From Eledone cirrhosa (lineage: Eukaryota), in the NCBI GenBank assembly GCA_964016885.1, contig OZ024748.1, positions 21,514,001 to 21,578,000 of the forward strand: a stretch of DNA of 64,000 bases, read 5' to 3'. The position numbers and the translations under genes are program-made. Positions within the stretch are counted from its first letter, which is position 1. Every line of letters begins with the position of its first letter. Positions 42,169 through 55,539 of the stretch are shown in pieces. The notes under the pieces are model-generated. The model did not search any database. It was not told where the DNA came from and saw nothing but the letters and a program-made list of their open reading frames with translations.

Positions 42169-42405
42169 GCATAAATGTTTGAATGGGATTTGACTGTTTT
42201 ATCTAGCAGGTAGAACTACCATGTAGAGGTGCTGCCTCCTCCTCATAAGGGCGTAAATGTTTGAATGGGATTTGACTGTTTTATCTAGCAGGTAGAACTA
42301 CCGCGTAGAGGCGCTGCCTCCTCCTCAAAAGGGTGTAAATGTTTGAATGGGATTTGACTGTTATTTCTAGCAGGTAGAACTACCACGTAGAGGTGCTGCC
42401 TCTCC
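42169..42405. repeat. 82-bp tandem repeat, 3 copies
   Basis: TAAATGTTTGAATGGGATTTGACTG at 42172, 42254 and 42336. Confidence 0.9.
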
Positions 42406-42821
42406 CTCATTGACACATTCTTGTTTTTCTTATAATATATTTATTTGTCCGATTGTATAATTCTACTTTTGAGGAAGAGGTGGAATGGGAAGATGGGGGA
42501 GGCAGTAGGAGGGGAGGGATGGACAGTGTGTATGTGTGTGTGGGGGGGGGGGGGGTTATAAAATAAATAAATTATATCTAAGATTTCAATTCTTTCCCAG
42601 ATTTTACCATTTTGTCAAAGAAACTTTCCTCTGGCCTTCTAAATTCACAGACAATTTTATTATTCTCCTGTTACATTTTCAGTTATTTTTGTCGTTGTTG
42701 TTGTTGTTGTTGTTGTTGAGGGGCTGGGTGAGGTTGACTCAAGTTTTTTAGCTGAGATTTTGATTATTTAAAAAATATATATATATTGATATATTTCTTA
42801 TTTCATATATTTACCTGTCGA

Positions 42822-43777
42822 TACACTGTATGTCATCTGGTCTACAGTAGCTACACTGTATCACATCTGGTCTACAGTAGCTACACTGTGTATCGTCTGG
42901 TCTACAGTAGCTACACTGTGTGTCACATCTGGTCTACAGAAGCTACACTGTATGTCATCTGGTCTACAGAAGCTACACTGTATGTCATCTGGTCTACAGT
43001 AGCTACACTGTATCACATCTGGTCTACAGTAGCTACACTGTGTGTCACATCTGGTCTACAGTAGCTACACTGTATCACTGTATCATCTGGTCTACAGTAG
43101 CTACACTGTGTGTCATCTGGTCTACAGTAGCTACACTGTATCATCTGGTCTACAGTAGCTACACTGTGTGTCACATCTGGTCTACAGTAGCTACACTGTG
43201 TGTCACATCTGGTCTACAGTAGCTACACTGTATATCATCTGGTCTACAGTAGCTACACTGTATCACTGTATCATCTGGTCTACAGTAGCTACACTGTGTG
43301 TCATCTGGTCTACAGTAGCTACAATGTATATCATCTGTGTATCATCTGGTCTACAGTAGCTACACTGTATCACATCTGGTCTACAGTAGCTACACTGTAT
43401 ATCAACTGGTCTACAGTAGCTACACTGTGTATCATCTGGTCTACAGTAGCTACTCTGTATATCATCTGTGTATCATCTGGTCTACAGTAGCAACTCTGTA
43501 TATCATCTGTGTATCATCTGGTCTACAGTAGCTACACTGTATCACATCTGGTCTACAGTAGCTACACTGTATCACATCTGGTCTACAGTAGCTACACTGT
43601 ATCACATCTGGTCTACAGTAGCTACACTGTATGTCATCTGGTCTACAGTAGCTACACTGTATCACATCTGGTCTACAGTAGCTACACTGTATCACTGTAT
43701 CATCTGGTCTACAGTAGCTACACTGTATATCATCTGTGTATCATCTGATCTTCAGTAGCTACAATGTATATCATCTG
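42822..43777. repeat. ~30-bp minisatellite, about 29 copies
   Basis: CATCTGGTCTACAGTAGCTACACTGT(G/A)T.. units. Confidence 0.93.
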
Positions 43778-44302
43778 TCGGGGTAATTTACTCAGTTTTC
43801 TCAACTACTATCTATAGTGATCAACTATTGTTACACTTATTTTCTACATTTGGGACTCTCACACGTTAAAATGTCTTACAATAAAGATGGAGACACTAAT
43901 CTGAATAAATCAGTTTATATTTATTTTTCTGTTAATTATCTTTAGTAAGAGTTTCTAAGTTGAAACCCTGGAGACTCCAAAAGGCTGTGTTGGCCATTGT
44001 AGGATTTGAACTCGGAATACAGTTAGCCAAAATATATACCACAAAAGACTTTCAGCTGATGCTCTACCGATTCAACCAATTCATTATCTCAATCAGTGTG
44101 TTTCCTGAAGCCATGGTTCCTGATAGAAATTACCGAAATATGGTGATACCCCAGCATGGACAGAACCATAATTAAACAGAGAGGGGTGAGGGAGAAACAG
44201 AGAGGGGGGTAAGGGAGGCGATGGGAAGAAATGGAGGGAGGGGGAGAAACAGAGAGAGGGTGAAAGAGTGAGTGAAAGTGAATTGGTGTCAGTCTGCCTG
44301 TA

Positions 44303-44640
44303 GGTGTGTGTGTGTATATATATATATCTTTACACATATGTTTGTGTATATATATATATCTTTACACATATGTTTGTGTATATATATATATCTTTACACA
44401 TGTGTATATATATATCTTTACACTTGTGTGTCTATATATCTTTACACTTGTGTGTATATATATATTTATATCTTTACACATGTGTGTGTGTATATTTCTT
44501 TACACATGTGTTTATATATATATATATCTTTACACGTGTGTGTGTGTGTATTTATCTTTACACATGTGTATATATATATATATCTTTACACACGTGTATA
44601 CATATCTTTACACGTGTGTGTGTATATATATATATGTGTG

Positions 44641-44676
<36 letters not shown>

Positions 44677-44916
44677 TGTATATATATGTGTATATATATA
44701 TATGTGTATATATATATATGTGTATATATATATATGTATATATATATGTAAAAGTATATATATATATATATGTATATATGTATATATATATGTGTATATA
44801 TATATATATGTACATATGTGTATATATATATATATATGTGTATATATATATGTATATATGTGTATATATATATGTATATATGTGTATATATGTATATATG
44901 TATATATGTGTGTGTG

Positions 44917-44969
<53 letters not shown>

Positions 44970-45097
44970 TTACACACAAATGTTTGCCATTTCTGTTAAT
45001 TCCAATTTCCCAAGCTCGTTAACCCAAAATAATCAACTCTTCAGTTTACAAATTTCATCAATAGGACATTGCTTACTAAACTGTTGTTGTCTGTTGC

Positions 45098-45160
<63 letters not shown>

Positions 45161-45289
45161 TGTTGTTGTTGTTGTTGCTGTTGTTGTTGTTGTTGTTGTT
45201 GCTGCTGTTGTTGCTGCTGTTGTTGTTGTTGCTGTTGCTGTTATTGTTGTTGTTGTTGCTGATGTTGCTGTTGTTGTTGTTGCTGTTGT

Positions 45290-45320
<31 letters not shown>

Positions 45321-45406
45321 TTTGTTGTTGTTGTTGTTGCTGTTGCTGTTGTTGTTGTTGTTGTTGCTGATGTTGCTGTTGTTGTTGTTGCTGCTGTTGC
45401 TGTTGT

Positions 45407-45450
<44 letters not shown>

Positions 45451-45980
45451 TTGTTGCTGTTGCTGTTGTTGTTGTTGCTGATGTTGCTGTTGTTGTTGTT
45501 GTTGCTGTTGTTGCTGTTGTTGTTGTTGTTGTGACAGTGTTGATAGTGGGAGGAGAGGGGAATAAATGATGTAGTGGTTGTTGTTGTTGTTGTTTCTGAC
45601 TTATTGTTGTGGTGGCAGTGGTAGTAATTGTTGTTGTGGTGGTGGCAGTGGTAGTAGTTGTTGTTGTGATGGTAGTAGTAGTAGTTGTGGTGGTGGTAGT
45701 TGTTGTGGTGGTGGCAGTGGTAGTAGTTATTGTTGTGGTGGTGGCAGTAGTAGTAGTGGTAGTGGTGGTGGTGCAAAAGGTGGTGATGGTAGTGGTGGTG
45801 GTGGTGGTGGTGGTGGTAGTGGTGGTGGTGATGGTAGTGGTGGTGATGGTGATGGTAGTGGTGGTGGTGGTGGTAGTGGTGGGGGTGATGGTAGTGGTGA
45901 TGGTGGTGGTAGTGGTGATGGTGATGATAGTGGTGATGATAGTGGTGGTGGTGATGGTAGTGGTGGTGGTGATGGTGTAA
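44303..45980. repeat. TA/GT microsatellite followed by (GTT/GCT)n and (GGT/AGT)n triplet tracts
   Basis: Direct inspection. Confidence 0.93.
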
Positions 45981-46640
45981 ATGGTGCCAATGTGTTGTGG
46001 TATGATGGATTAGTATTCAGCTTTTATTAATTGTTGTGGGGGTGGCGCGGTGTGTGGGTTGGTGTGGGGTTCGTTGGCGTAGGTCCATGGTGGTGGGTGG
46101 GTCTTAGTGGTATGTGGTTGGACATGGCGAAGTCTGAGGGTGGTTCTTCAGTAGTATGAGGGGTGAGTGGGTGGGTCTTCAGTAATGTGAGGGGTTGGGG
46201 GTGGGGGGGTCTTCAGTAATGTGAGGGGGTGGGGGGTCTTCAGTAATGAGAAAGGTGGGGTGAGGGGGAGAGTTATATATCTTTCATTAATTCCATTTCA
46301 ACTTTGAAAATAAATTAAAATATTCTGCTGAGGCCGTCACATTTATGACTTTTGAAAACATCTTTTCTTTCTTTCTTTCCTGGGGGGGGGGGGGGGTTTA
46401 CAATTTTTTCATCTTTTTTTTTATATTTCATTTATTAATTTTAATTTTTTTTCTATTATTTGATTTCATTTAATTTTATTACTCTTTTATTTATTTATTT
46501 ATTTATTTGTTTTAATAATAATGTTGTTGTTGTTGTTGTACATGCTAGGGCAGTAAATATACTTAAACTATTATAATCGTTATTATTATTATTGTTAAAA
46601 AATATTGAAATAGAACTATTATTATGAAAGATAAATTATA

Positions 46641-47011
46641 TTCATCACCATCATCACCACCATCACCATCACCATCACCATCATCACCATCGTCATCACC
46701 ATCATCATCATCACCATCGCCATCGCCATCATCATCACCATCATCACCATCATCACCATCACCATCATCATCACCATCATCATCATCACCATCGCCATCG
46801 CCATCATCATCACCATCATCACCATCATCACCATCACCATCATCACCATCATCATCATCACCATCACCATCATCACCATCATCATCACCATCACCACCAT
46901 CATCATCACCATCACCATCATCAGCACCATCATCAGCATCATCATCATCAGCATCATCATCGTCGTCATCATCATAATCAACATTATATGATATATAAAA
47001 GATAAAAGTAA

Positions 47012-47051
<40 letters not shown>

Positions 47052-47905
47052 CATCATCGTCATCATCATTATCATTATCATTAGCAACAGCAAGATTAAC
47101 GAGCTGTGAATCACCCCAATCAATTAATATAAGTTGCTACCAATTTTAAGATAGTTAACCTTCTCGCCTCCATTGTCTAACGTTTGAAGAAATAGAAATA
47201 TCATCAGTTAGTACTGAGGTAGGTATCAATAATATTATCATAAATACTACAGTAGATCATTAAGTAATCAATATTTGGACGTGTATCTGAGTTCCTGGTG
47301 GTGTTGTTGGTGTTGGTGTTGCTTCGGTGTTGTTGTTGGTGTCAGTGTTGCTTCGGTGTTGTTGTTGGTGGTGGCGGTGGTGGTGTTGTTGGTGGTGGCG
47401 GTGGTGGTGTTGTTGGTGGTGGCGGCGGTGTTGGTGTTGTTGTTGGTGTCAGTGCTGCTTTGGTGTTGTTGTTGGTGGTGGCGATGGTGTTGTTGTTGTT
47501 GGTGGTGTTGTTGGTGGTGGTGTTGCTTCGGTGTTGTTGTTGGTGTCAGTGTTGCTTTGGTGTTGTTGGTGGTAGCGATGGTGGTGTTGTTGGTGGCGGT
47601 GTTGGTGTTGCTTTGGTGTTGTTGTTGGTGTCAGTGTTGCTTTGGTGTTGTTGTTGGTGGTGGTGTTGGTGGTGGCGGTGTTGGTGTTGCTTTGGTGTTG
47701 TTGTTGCTTTGGTGTTGTTGTTGGTGTCAGTGTTGCTTTGGTGTTGTTGGTGGTGGCGATGGTGTTGGTGGCGGTGTTGGTGTTGCTTTGGTGTTGTTGT
47801 TGGTGTCAGTGTTGCTTTGGTGTTGTTGGTGGTGGCGATGGTGTTGGTGTTGGTGATGGTGTTGGTGGCGGTGTTGGTGTTGTTGTTGGTGTCAGTGTTG
47901 CTTTG
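46641..47905. repeat. (CAT/CAC)n, (ATT)n and (GGT/GTT)n tracts
   Basis: Direct inspection. Confidence 0.9.
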
Positions 47906-48071
47906 GGGTGATGTCAGTATCTCTATTGGTATTCACTAATATTGAGTTGAGCCAGCTCCAATTAATGCCTCCGCAGCATATATTGGCTACCCAAGTAGAG
48001 TGATCAGAGATGCCATATATGATAGCACCAACTAGTGTATGAGGAACTGGGTCAACCAAGTATAGTGGACA

Positions 48072-48262
48072 CCATATATGATACCACCAACGAATGTAAC
48101 AGGAGCCACTACCCATATATGATACCACCAACGAATGTAACAGGAGCCACTACCCATATATGATAGCACCAACGAATGTAACAGGAGCCACTACCCATAT
48201 ATGATACCACCAACGAATGTAACAGGAGCCACTACCCATATATGATAGCACCAACGAATGTA
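48072..48262. repeat. 41-bp tandem repeat, about 4.5 copies
   Basis: CCATATATGATA(C/G)CACCAACGAATGTAACAGGAGCCACTAC. Confidence 0.9.
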
Positions 48263-49219
48263 TTCATAGCATCATTGCATCAAGTGAAGACCATCCACAT
48301 GTGGCCTAAATAGCATATATATCCTGGTAGACTGTAGTATTATAATGTAAAATGTTGAAGTAGACTGTACACTACATTATAGATATCCTAATTAAACCAA
48401 GTATTATAATGTAGATATCTCACACTGTGTGAATGGTAAACCAGACACTATGGTATATGACTCCTGGAGGCACGATATATGCTGGCTCCAACCCATGTGT
48501 CAGGAACAGGGGTCGCCATATATGTTGACTCCAAGCTGTACATTCACAGTCATGAACAGATGTCACCCATGTACAGTGATCACAGATGTCCAATGCAAAC
48601 AAGGCTGTTGCTACTGTTAAGGCCAACTAGGCAGCTGTGTAGGGCACACCTCTCAGAGAGGTGCATTACTGAACCTTAAGGGATCATAGTTTTATACAAA
48701 TTTGTATAATCAACTTAGATATATAATAAGTTTGTGTAAACACTATATTAATCACTAAATATCATTTACATGTAGTAGTGTTGTGGAAATATCCAGTGGT
48801 GGAGAAGATTGTATGGTGATATGACCTATAGCATGATTTAGCATGTTGGACTGTGGAGTAGAAAATGCTGGCTTAATAATTTGGTGTGGTCAGAGCAAGA
48901 AGTGTTAATTTGTTTGAAAGGATCACTTAACATAGGATTAGCTTAGGGTGCTGACTACCCAGGCCCTTGGTACAAATATTGTCAGCTTGTCACAATTGCA
49001 ATGGCAAATACCATAGATGTGAAGACCAGACATTAGCTAAAGATTTGATATGATTATACCGGTTCATATTTTCAATTGATTGCTGAGCCGTCATGAAGAG
49101 GAGAGGCCTTGATGAGACTGCGTCCTAAATGACACCAGGAGGGGGGAGGGGCCCGATAAGACTACATCGCAAATGACCAATAGTTTTTTTTTATTATTTG
49201 TTTGTTTTCTTCTTACAAT

Positions 49220-49430
49220 TCCTCTTCTTGGGTGGCTTGTGGGAGCAGAGTCCTCAGAAGGTCCTATCAGAAGCAACCATCTCCACATGCGAGACCAACT
49301 GAACTCCTTATTTGGTATCCAACCATCTTGCTCATGGTCTACCTCTGTATCTCTTACCAATTGGTTTTTGCCCATAAAATCTATCCAGCGATTCTTTCCT
49401 TAGACATTCTAACTACATATCCATTTTATC
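49220..49430 (-). mobile_element. RTE-type LINE 3' fragment
   Basis: GYVVRMSKERI...ILW...GKRYRGRP*ARWLD...VASDRTF on the minus strand, with stops and frameshifts. Confidence 0.6.
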
Positions 49431-50291
49431 AGCTGTTTTATTGGCTTATTTTTTTTATTCTATTGGCTAATTCTTTTTGTTCTTTTTTCTTTCTTTCTTT
49501 TTTTTTTTGACATTTAAAAAAGAATTATCTATTACAACATTTCTTGTTATCCAATGATATTGACTGTATAATCAATTATAAGCTGGTATTGTATGGTAAT
49601 ATGGAATGGAACAACATAGCATGCTGATATCTTCTCTATTGATATAACTTTATTGGTATCAACTGTATAAATTACATGTGCTGCTGTTATTATTGACAAA
49701 AAGATACAGTATTGTAATATCGATTAGGATAGAAACATGGCATATTGATATCAATGTGGTTCTACCAGCAAACAGTAAACATAAAAACATGCACACAAAT
49801 ATGTATAATTGTGTGTGTGTTTTTATGTTTACTGTTTGCTGGTAGAATCAGCAAACAGTAAACAAACCTGGGTATGACATTAAGCTACATCCAATGGTAA
49901 GGCTCCAGTTCAAGAGTTCAGGAACTGTGGGGAATGTAGAGTTACCCCTTAGTTGTTATCACTCACAGGTCTGCTCTGGCCCGGAGTAGTAGTACCTGTT
50001 AGGGCCCCATTTATGGGTTAAATAATTACCTTATTCGAGTGGCACCAGTAAGGTATTGTCAGCCATTGAAAAGAACCATGGAGAGTGTATTTAACAGCAG
50101 CACTAGGGTTAGTGCCCCTAACTACACTGTCAAGGAGCAGTCTGGTCATTATGACTCTGCTGGTTTAGAGCCACAATGAGGGCCAGTGGATGATGGATCA
50201 GCTGTCTCTGAGACAAATATTATCTCAGGAATTTTACCCACCCTAGATATATATATATATATGCATGTGTGTGTATATATATATACACACA

Positions 50292-50347
<56 letters not shown>

Positions 50348-51000
50348 TATATATGCAGCAAATTGGCAGAGTCATTAGAATGACAGCTAGAATGCTTTGT
50401 GGTATTCATTTCCATTCTTTGTTCTTTGAGTTCAAATCCTGCCAAGGTCAACTTTGCCTTTCATCCATTTAAGGTCAATAAAAAAAAAAACAGTTTAGTA
50501 CTGGGGTTGATTCTTCCTCTATATCTCTTTCTCATTTCCATTCTCTCACTCTCTATCCTTCTCTGAAAGAAATCTGCTATATTCAGGCCTGGAGATGAGA
50601 TGAACTCCGCCAAGTTTAAAAATGCCCAAGAAACACCATATGTCTATACAGCACCCCTATGACACATTCAGGAGTTACACATAAAAAAAAAATATATATA
50701 TATATATATACACACACATATATATATGTATATATATTTATATACATTATCATCATCAGAATTTAACATCTGTTTTCCTTGCTAGTAAGGGTTGAACAGA
50801 TTGTCACAGACCAAGCTAGTACTTAAATATAATTCCTGATCACTAAAGATGGCCAGGAACCACATCTCACACAGACTCCCACACTGTACAGAATCCACTG
50901 GGTGCAATTTATCATGGTACCACTAAAGACTGGTAAATCCTCTTAACCCTTTGTTTGGCAAGTTTTGCCACAATAAAATGCACCTGGCCAACTCTGTGAA

Positions 51001-52350
51001 GCAGTAGTGCTGGTGTCACAATAAAAAGCAGCCAGTCCATTCTGTAAAGTGGTAGTGCTGGTGTCACAATAAAATATACCCAGCCAACTCTGTAAAGGGG
51101 TAGTGCTGGTGTCACAATAAAAAGCAGCCAGTCCATTCTGTAAAGTGGTAGTGCTGGTGTCACAATAAAATATACCCAGCCAACTCTGTAAAGGGGTAGT
51201 GCTGGTGTCACAATAAAAAGCAGCCAGTCCATTCTGTAAAGTGGTAGTGCTGGTGTCACAATAAAATATACCCAGCCAACTCTGTAAAGGGGTAGTGCTG
51301 GTGTCACAATAAAAAGCAGCCAATCCATTCTGTAAAGTGGTAGTGCTGGTGTCACAATAAAATATACCCAGCCAACTCTGTAAAGGGGTAGTGCTGGTGT
51401 CACAATAAAAAGCAGCCAATCCATTCTGTAAAGTGGTAGTGCTGGTGTCACAATAAAATATACCCAGCCAACTCTGTAAAGGGGTAGTGCTGGTGTCACA
51501 ATAAAAAGCAGCCAATCCATTCTGTAAAGTGGTAGTGCTGGTGTCACAATAAAATATACCCAGCCAACTCTGTAAAGGGGTAGTGCTGGTGTCACAATAA
51601 AAAGCAGCCAATCCATTCTGTAAAGTGGTAGTGCTGGTGTCACAATAAAATATACCCAGCCAACTCTGTAAAGGGGTAGTGCTGGTGTCACAATAAAAAG
51701 CAGCCAATCCATTCTGTAAAGTGGTAGTGCTGGTGTCACAATAAAATATACCCAGCCAACTCTGTAAAGGGGTAGTGCTGGTGTCACAATAAAAAGCAGC
51801 CAGTCCATTCTGTAAAGTGGTAGTGCTGGTGTCACAATAAAATATACCCAGCCAACTCTGTAAAGGGGTAGTGCTGGTGTCACAATAAAAAGCAGCCAAT
51901 CCATTCTGTAAAGTGGTAGTGCTGGTGTCACAATAAAATATACCCAGCCAACTCTGTAAAGGGGTAGTGCTGGTGTCACAATAAAAAGCAGCCAGTCCAT
52001 TCTGTAAAGTGGTAGTGCTGGTGGCACAATAAAATATACCCAGCCAACTCTGTAAAGGGGTAGTGCTGGTGTCACAATAAAAAGCAGCCAGTCCATTCTG
52101 TAAAGTGGTAGTGCTGGTGGCACAATAAAATATACCCAGCCAACTCTGTAAAGGGGTAGTGCTGGTGTGTCACAATAAAAAGCAGCCAATCCATTCTGTA
52201 AAGTGGTAGTGCTGGTGGCACAATAAAATATACCCAGCCAACTCTGTAAAGGGGTAGTGCTGGTGTCACAATAAAAAGCAGCCAGTCCATTCTGTAAAGT
52301 GGTAGTGCTGTTGTCATAATAAAAAGCAGCCAGTCCATTCTGTAAAGTGG
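51001..52350. repeat. 96-bp higher-order (2 x 48 bp) minisatellite, about 14 dimers
   Basis: Alternating ...CACAATAAAATATACCCAGCCAACTCTGTAAA and ...CACAATAAAAAGCAGCCA(G/A)TCCATTCTGTAAA monomers. Confidence 0.95.
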
Positions 52351-53257
52351 CAGTTCTTGTGCAAGGATAAAACACCAACCTAGTAGATGCCATGATGTGG
52401 TTGTTGTTGGGAAAGTCATCCAGCTGTAAAAGCCATGGTGGAATGGAATGTATGAGTAAGACACAGTCATCTGACCTGTCTAGCCTCAGAACATGACAAT
52501 CTATCTAACCCACAGAAGCATGGAAAGTAGACATAAAATGGTGAGGGGGCATGGGGCAGGGTGGAATGGTAGTGGTGGTGACGATGACAATAATTTTTAT
52601 GTTCGTAGTTTACCAAAGTTTTGTGCAGTGTACCATAGCAGCTGAAGAACTGTGCTGAAACTGTGCAGTTGTAGTTTAATGGTTCTTTAAAGGAATTTAT
52701 ACTGTAACAATAATACAATGGAAATGTATTAAAAATCATATATATATACATTTGTGTCTGTATGTGTGTACAGACACACATACACACACACACATATATA
52801 TATATATATGTATATATGTATGTGTGTGTGTGTGTGTACACACACACATATAAGGGAAGAAGCTATTATTTTTTCAACTCCATATTATTTCTCATTATGC
52901 TGCATTTCAGAGGCAATTAATAGCTTAATAGTTTCTTATTCATAGTGCCAGTCTTCAGGGAGACACTATGAATAAGGTTTTGTTTTGGAAGTTTGTATGG
53001 TATACATCCATGTAGTATGTTGTTTTTTAGAGTTGACTCCAGTCAGTATTAACATTTATTGAATATTATATATATATGTGTGTGGTTGGTGTTAGGAAGG
53101 GCATCCAGCTGTAAAGTCCTTGGCCAAATTTACAGTCCTCGTCGGAGCAAGGTACAGCATGGCCAATTCTGGCCAGACTTGTCTCCCGACGTGGACAACT
53201 CGTCTAACCCATGCTAGCCTGGAAAAATGGACGCCAAACGGTGATGATGATATATGC

Positions 53258-53289
<32 letters not shown>

Positions 53290-53605
53290 ACAGACACAAA
53301 CATGCATAAGTATATGTATATAATTATCTCTCTTTCTTTGTTACTTTTTTTCTGTTTTTTTTTTTACTTTCCTTCGTTCATTCAATTAATTAAACAATGA
53401 AAGCAATTTCCAAGTTTCTAATTACACAGCAGGCATCCATGATTAACCTGCCATGAATGGTGGTGATAAAGTGGAGCTGGTGGTGCATGTGTGGATGAGA
53501 TGTTGATCTAATTCATATATACATTTGACCTCAATTATATGTATAAGTGTGTGTGTACACACACTTATACATATATATATATTCATTTTGTTAAGGTTAA
53601 ATAGT

Positions 53606-53650
53606 GACTACTCTGGAGTTTCGCCTATTTATCACAGTGTCATCAGATAA
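53606..53650 (-). ncRNA. Degenerate hammerhead-like motif
   Basis: Minus strand: tat-CTGATGA-cactgtgataaataggc-GAAAC-tccaga-GTA-gtc. Stem III ACTC/GAGT; stem I weak. Confidence 0.4.
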
Positions 53651-53670
53651 GACCATCCCCATATATATGG

Positions 53671-53716
<46 letters not shown>

Positions 53717-53989
53717 ACATATATATATATATATATATATATCGAGCTGATAAACTCTGACCTCACACACTTACACCTCTCCAAGACAATGTCACTGGAC
53801 CGAGACCTTTGGCGGTACTCAGTAACAGAGAAGACCCGCCTTACCTAAATACATAGTAAAACCTACTACAGCCAGTAGGCATCTCTAACAAAATACACCC
53901 CGTCCCACCACCCCCACCCCATCCACACCCACACCCCCTTCTATGTAAAGTTATGTCGGTGCCACGCCACCCAAGCCGAAACAAATGAG

Positions 53990-54239
53990 ATCGTGTAGGT
54001 GTCACGACAAAAAAACACACAGTGCACGCTGTAATGTGGCCGTGTAGGCAACACGGTAAAAACCTCCCAGACCCACACTGTAAATGTGGTTGGTGTTAGG
54101 AAGGGCATCCAACTGTAGAAAACCTGCTAGACAGTCCTATGCGAGCAAGACAATCACTCTTGCCTCAAGTGGGAATACCCCCGTCCAAACCCATGCAAGC
54201 GTGGAACACGGACGTTAAACGTTGATGATGATGATGATA
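53990..54239 (+). mobile_element. Family C-related element (single copy of the 112-bp unit plus tail)
   Basis: Near-identical to the reverse complement of 54797-55052 and to the end of the 22759 array. Confidence 0.88.
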
Positions 54240-54540
54240 ATATATATATATATATATATGGCAACATGACCATTCCCATATATATATATATGGGGATGGT
54301 CTTATCTGATGACACTGTATATATATATATACATATATATGGGAATGGTCATGTCGCCAGTATTGCCAATAAAAAGAAACATACGCACCATATGATTTTC
54401 ACTTCATTTTTATTACTAGTTATTCATTCGTTTGTCAAGGTGATTTTGTCACACATTCTGTGACCTCCTCAATGACTATCTGTTATCTTTTGTGCCTCTT
54501 CTTCTGACTGGCCTTAAACTTCTACACCATCTTATCTGTA

Positions 54541-54578
<38 letters not shown>

Positions 54579-54796
54579 CCTGAGTGTGGGTCTGTAATCT
54601 CTGAAGAAAGAGCCCTCAATATGTAAACATAGGGGTAAATAATTCATATTATGTAAAAGATATGGCAAATTGGCATATACCTTCCTAGGTTCTTAGTTCC
54701 CCAAAGAAAGCTGATGATTATTGCCGCCTTATTCATCAGCCAATTGGCCATGTTTTATATAATATATATGTGCGTGTGTGTGTGTATATATATATA

Positions 54797-55049
54797 TCAT
54801 CATCATCATCATCATCATCAACGTTTAACGTCCGTGTTCCACGCTTGCATGGGTTTGGACGGGGGTAGTCCCACTTGAGGCAAGAGTGATTGTCTTGCTC
54901 GCATAGGACTGTCTGGCGGGTTTTCTACAGCTGGATGCCCTTCCTAACACCAACCACATTTACAGTGTGGGTCTGGGAGGTTTTTACCGTGTTGCCTACA
55001 CGGCCACATTACAGCGTGGACTGTGTGTTTTTTTGTCGTGACACCTACA

Positions 55050-55052
<3 letters not shown>
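54797..55052 (-). mobile_element. Family C-related element, inverted partner of 53990-54239
   Basis: Reverse complement begins ATCGTGTAGGTGTCACGACAAAA and ends GGACGTTAAACGT(TGA)n. Confidence 0.88.
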
Positions 55053-55088
<36 letters not shown>

Positions 55089-55090
55089 TA

Positions 55091-55171
55091 CAGGTTGTCC
55101 CCCAAAAATGTATACATATACACACTTCATCAGCATTCTAATAAAAGTGTGTATTCAATTTTTGGGATACC

Positions 55172-55174
<3 letters not shown>
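55091..55174. mobile_element. 84-bp Tc1/mariner-type MITE
   Basis: TA-CAGGTTGTCCCCCAAAAA...TTTTTGGGATACCCTG-TA imperfect TIRs. Confidence 0.6.
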
Positions 55175-55210
<36 letters not shown>

Positions 55211-55304
55211 GAGGTTATATTTAATTTGTTGGGATACAACAAGCAAAATCTTTGCTTTTTTAAGGGTATGTCAATATTTATTTATAAAACTAACCTATAT
55301 TATA

Positions 55305-55362
55305 TTTTATCTGATGAAAGTGCACCATAGTTTGCTCTGGTGGCCCTTGAAATATGTATAAT
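55305..55362 (+). ncRNA. Hammerhead-like motif disrupted by a SINE insertion
   Basis: ttttat-CTGATGA-aagtgcacca(...)tggtggccctt-GAAAT-atgt-ATA. The stem I partner ATGAAA is restored when the SINE and one TSD are removed. Confidence 0.6.
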
Positions 55363-55539
55363 TGTTTCTACTTTAGGCACAAGGCCAGCAATTACCCAGT
55401 GCATTACTGGTACTTTATTTTATCGACCCCGTAAGGATGAAAGGCAAAGTCAACCTCGGCGGGATTTGAACTCAGATCGTAAAGGGACGTAACTATGCTG
55501 GAAAGCATGGCGTCCGACCCTCTACCGATACTGCCAATC
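55363..55539 (-). mobile_element. Family A SINE with 15-bp TSD
   Basis: TGAAATATGTATAAT at 55348-55362 and 55540-55554. Confidence 0.92.

Noticed and set aside
48330-49090. Possible decayed retroelement coding remnants (GVAIYV endonuclease-like on plus; QADNICTKGL on minus)
   Set aside because: Only isolated short motifs in broken frames; cannot be classified without BLASTx.
50912-52393. 493-aa ORF with a 32-aa repeat
   Set aside because: Product of the 96-bp minisatellite; open in more than one frame, with no domain or gene structure.
52642-52670. CTGAAGA-actgtgct-GAAAC-tgtgca-GTT hammerhead-like core
   Set aside because: No stem I pairing and essentially no stem II; may be chance or a heavily decayed copy.
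52930-52978. 13-bp hairpin enclosing TCTTCAG next to GTTTC
   Set aside because: CTGAAGA lies in the hairpin loop, so the topology does not fit a hammerhead.
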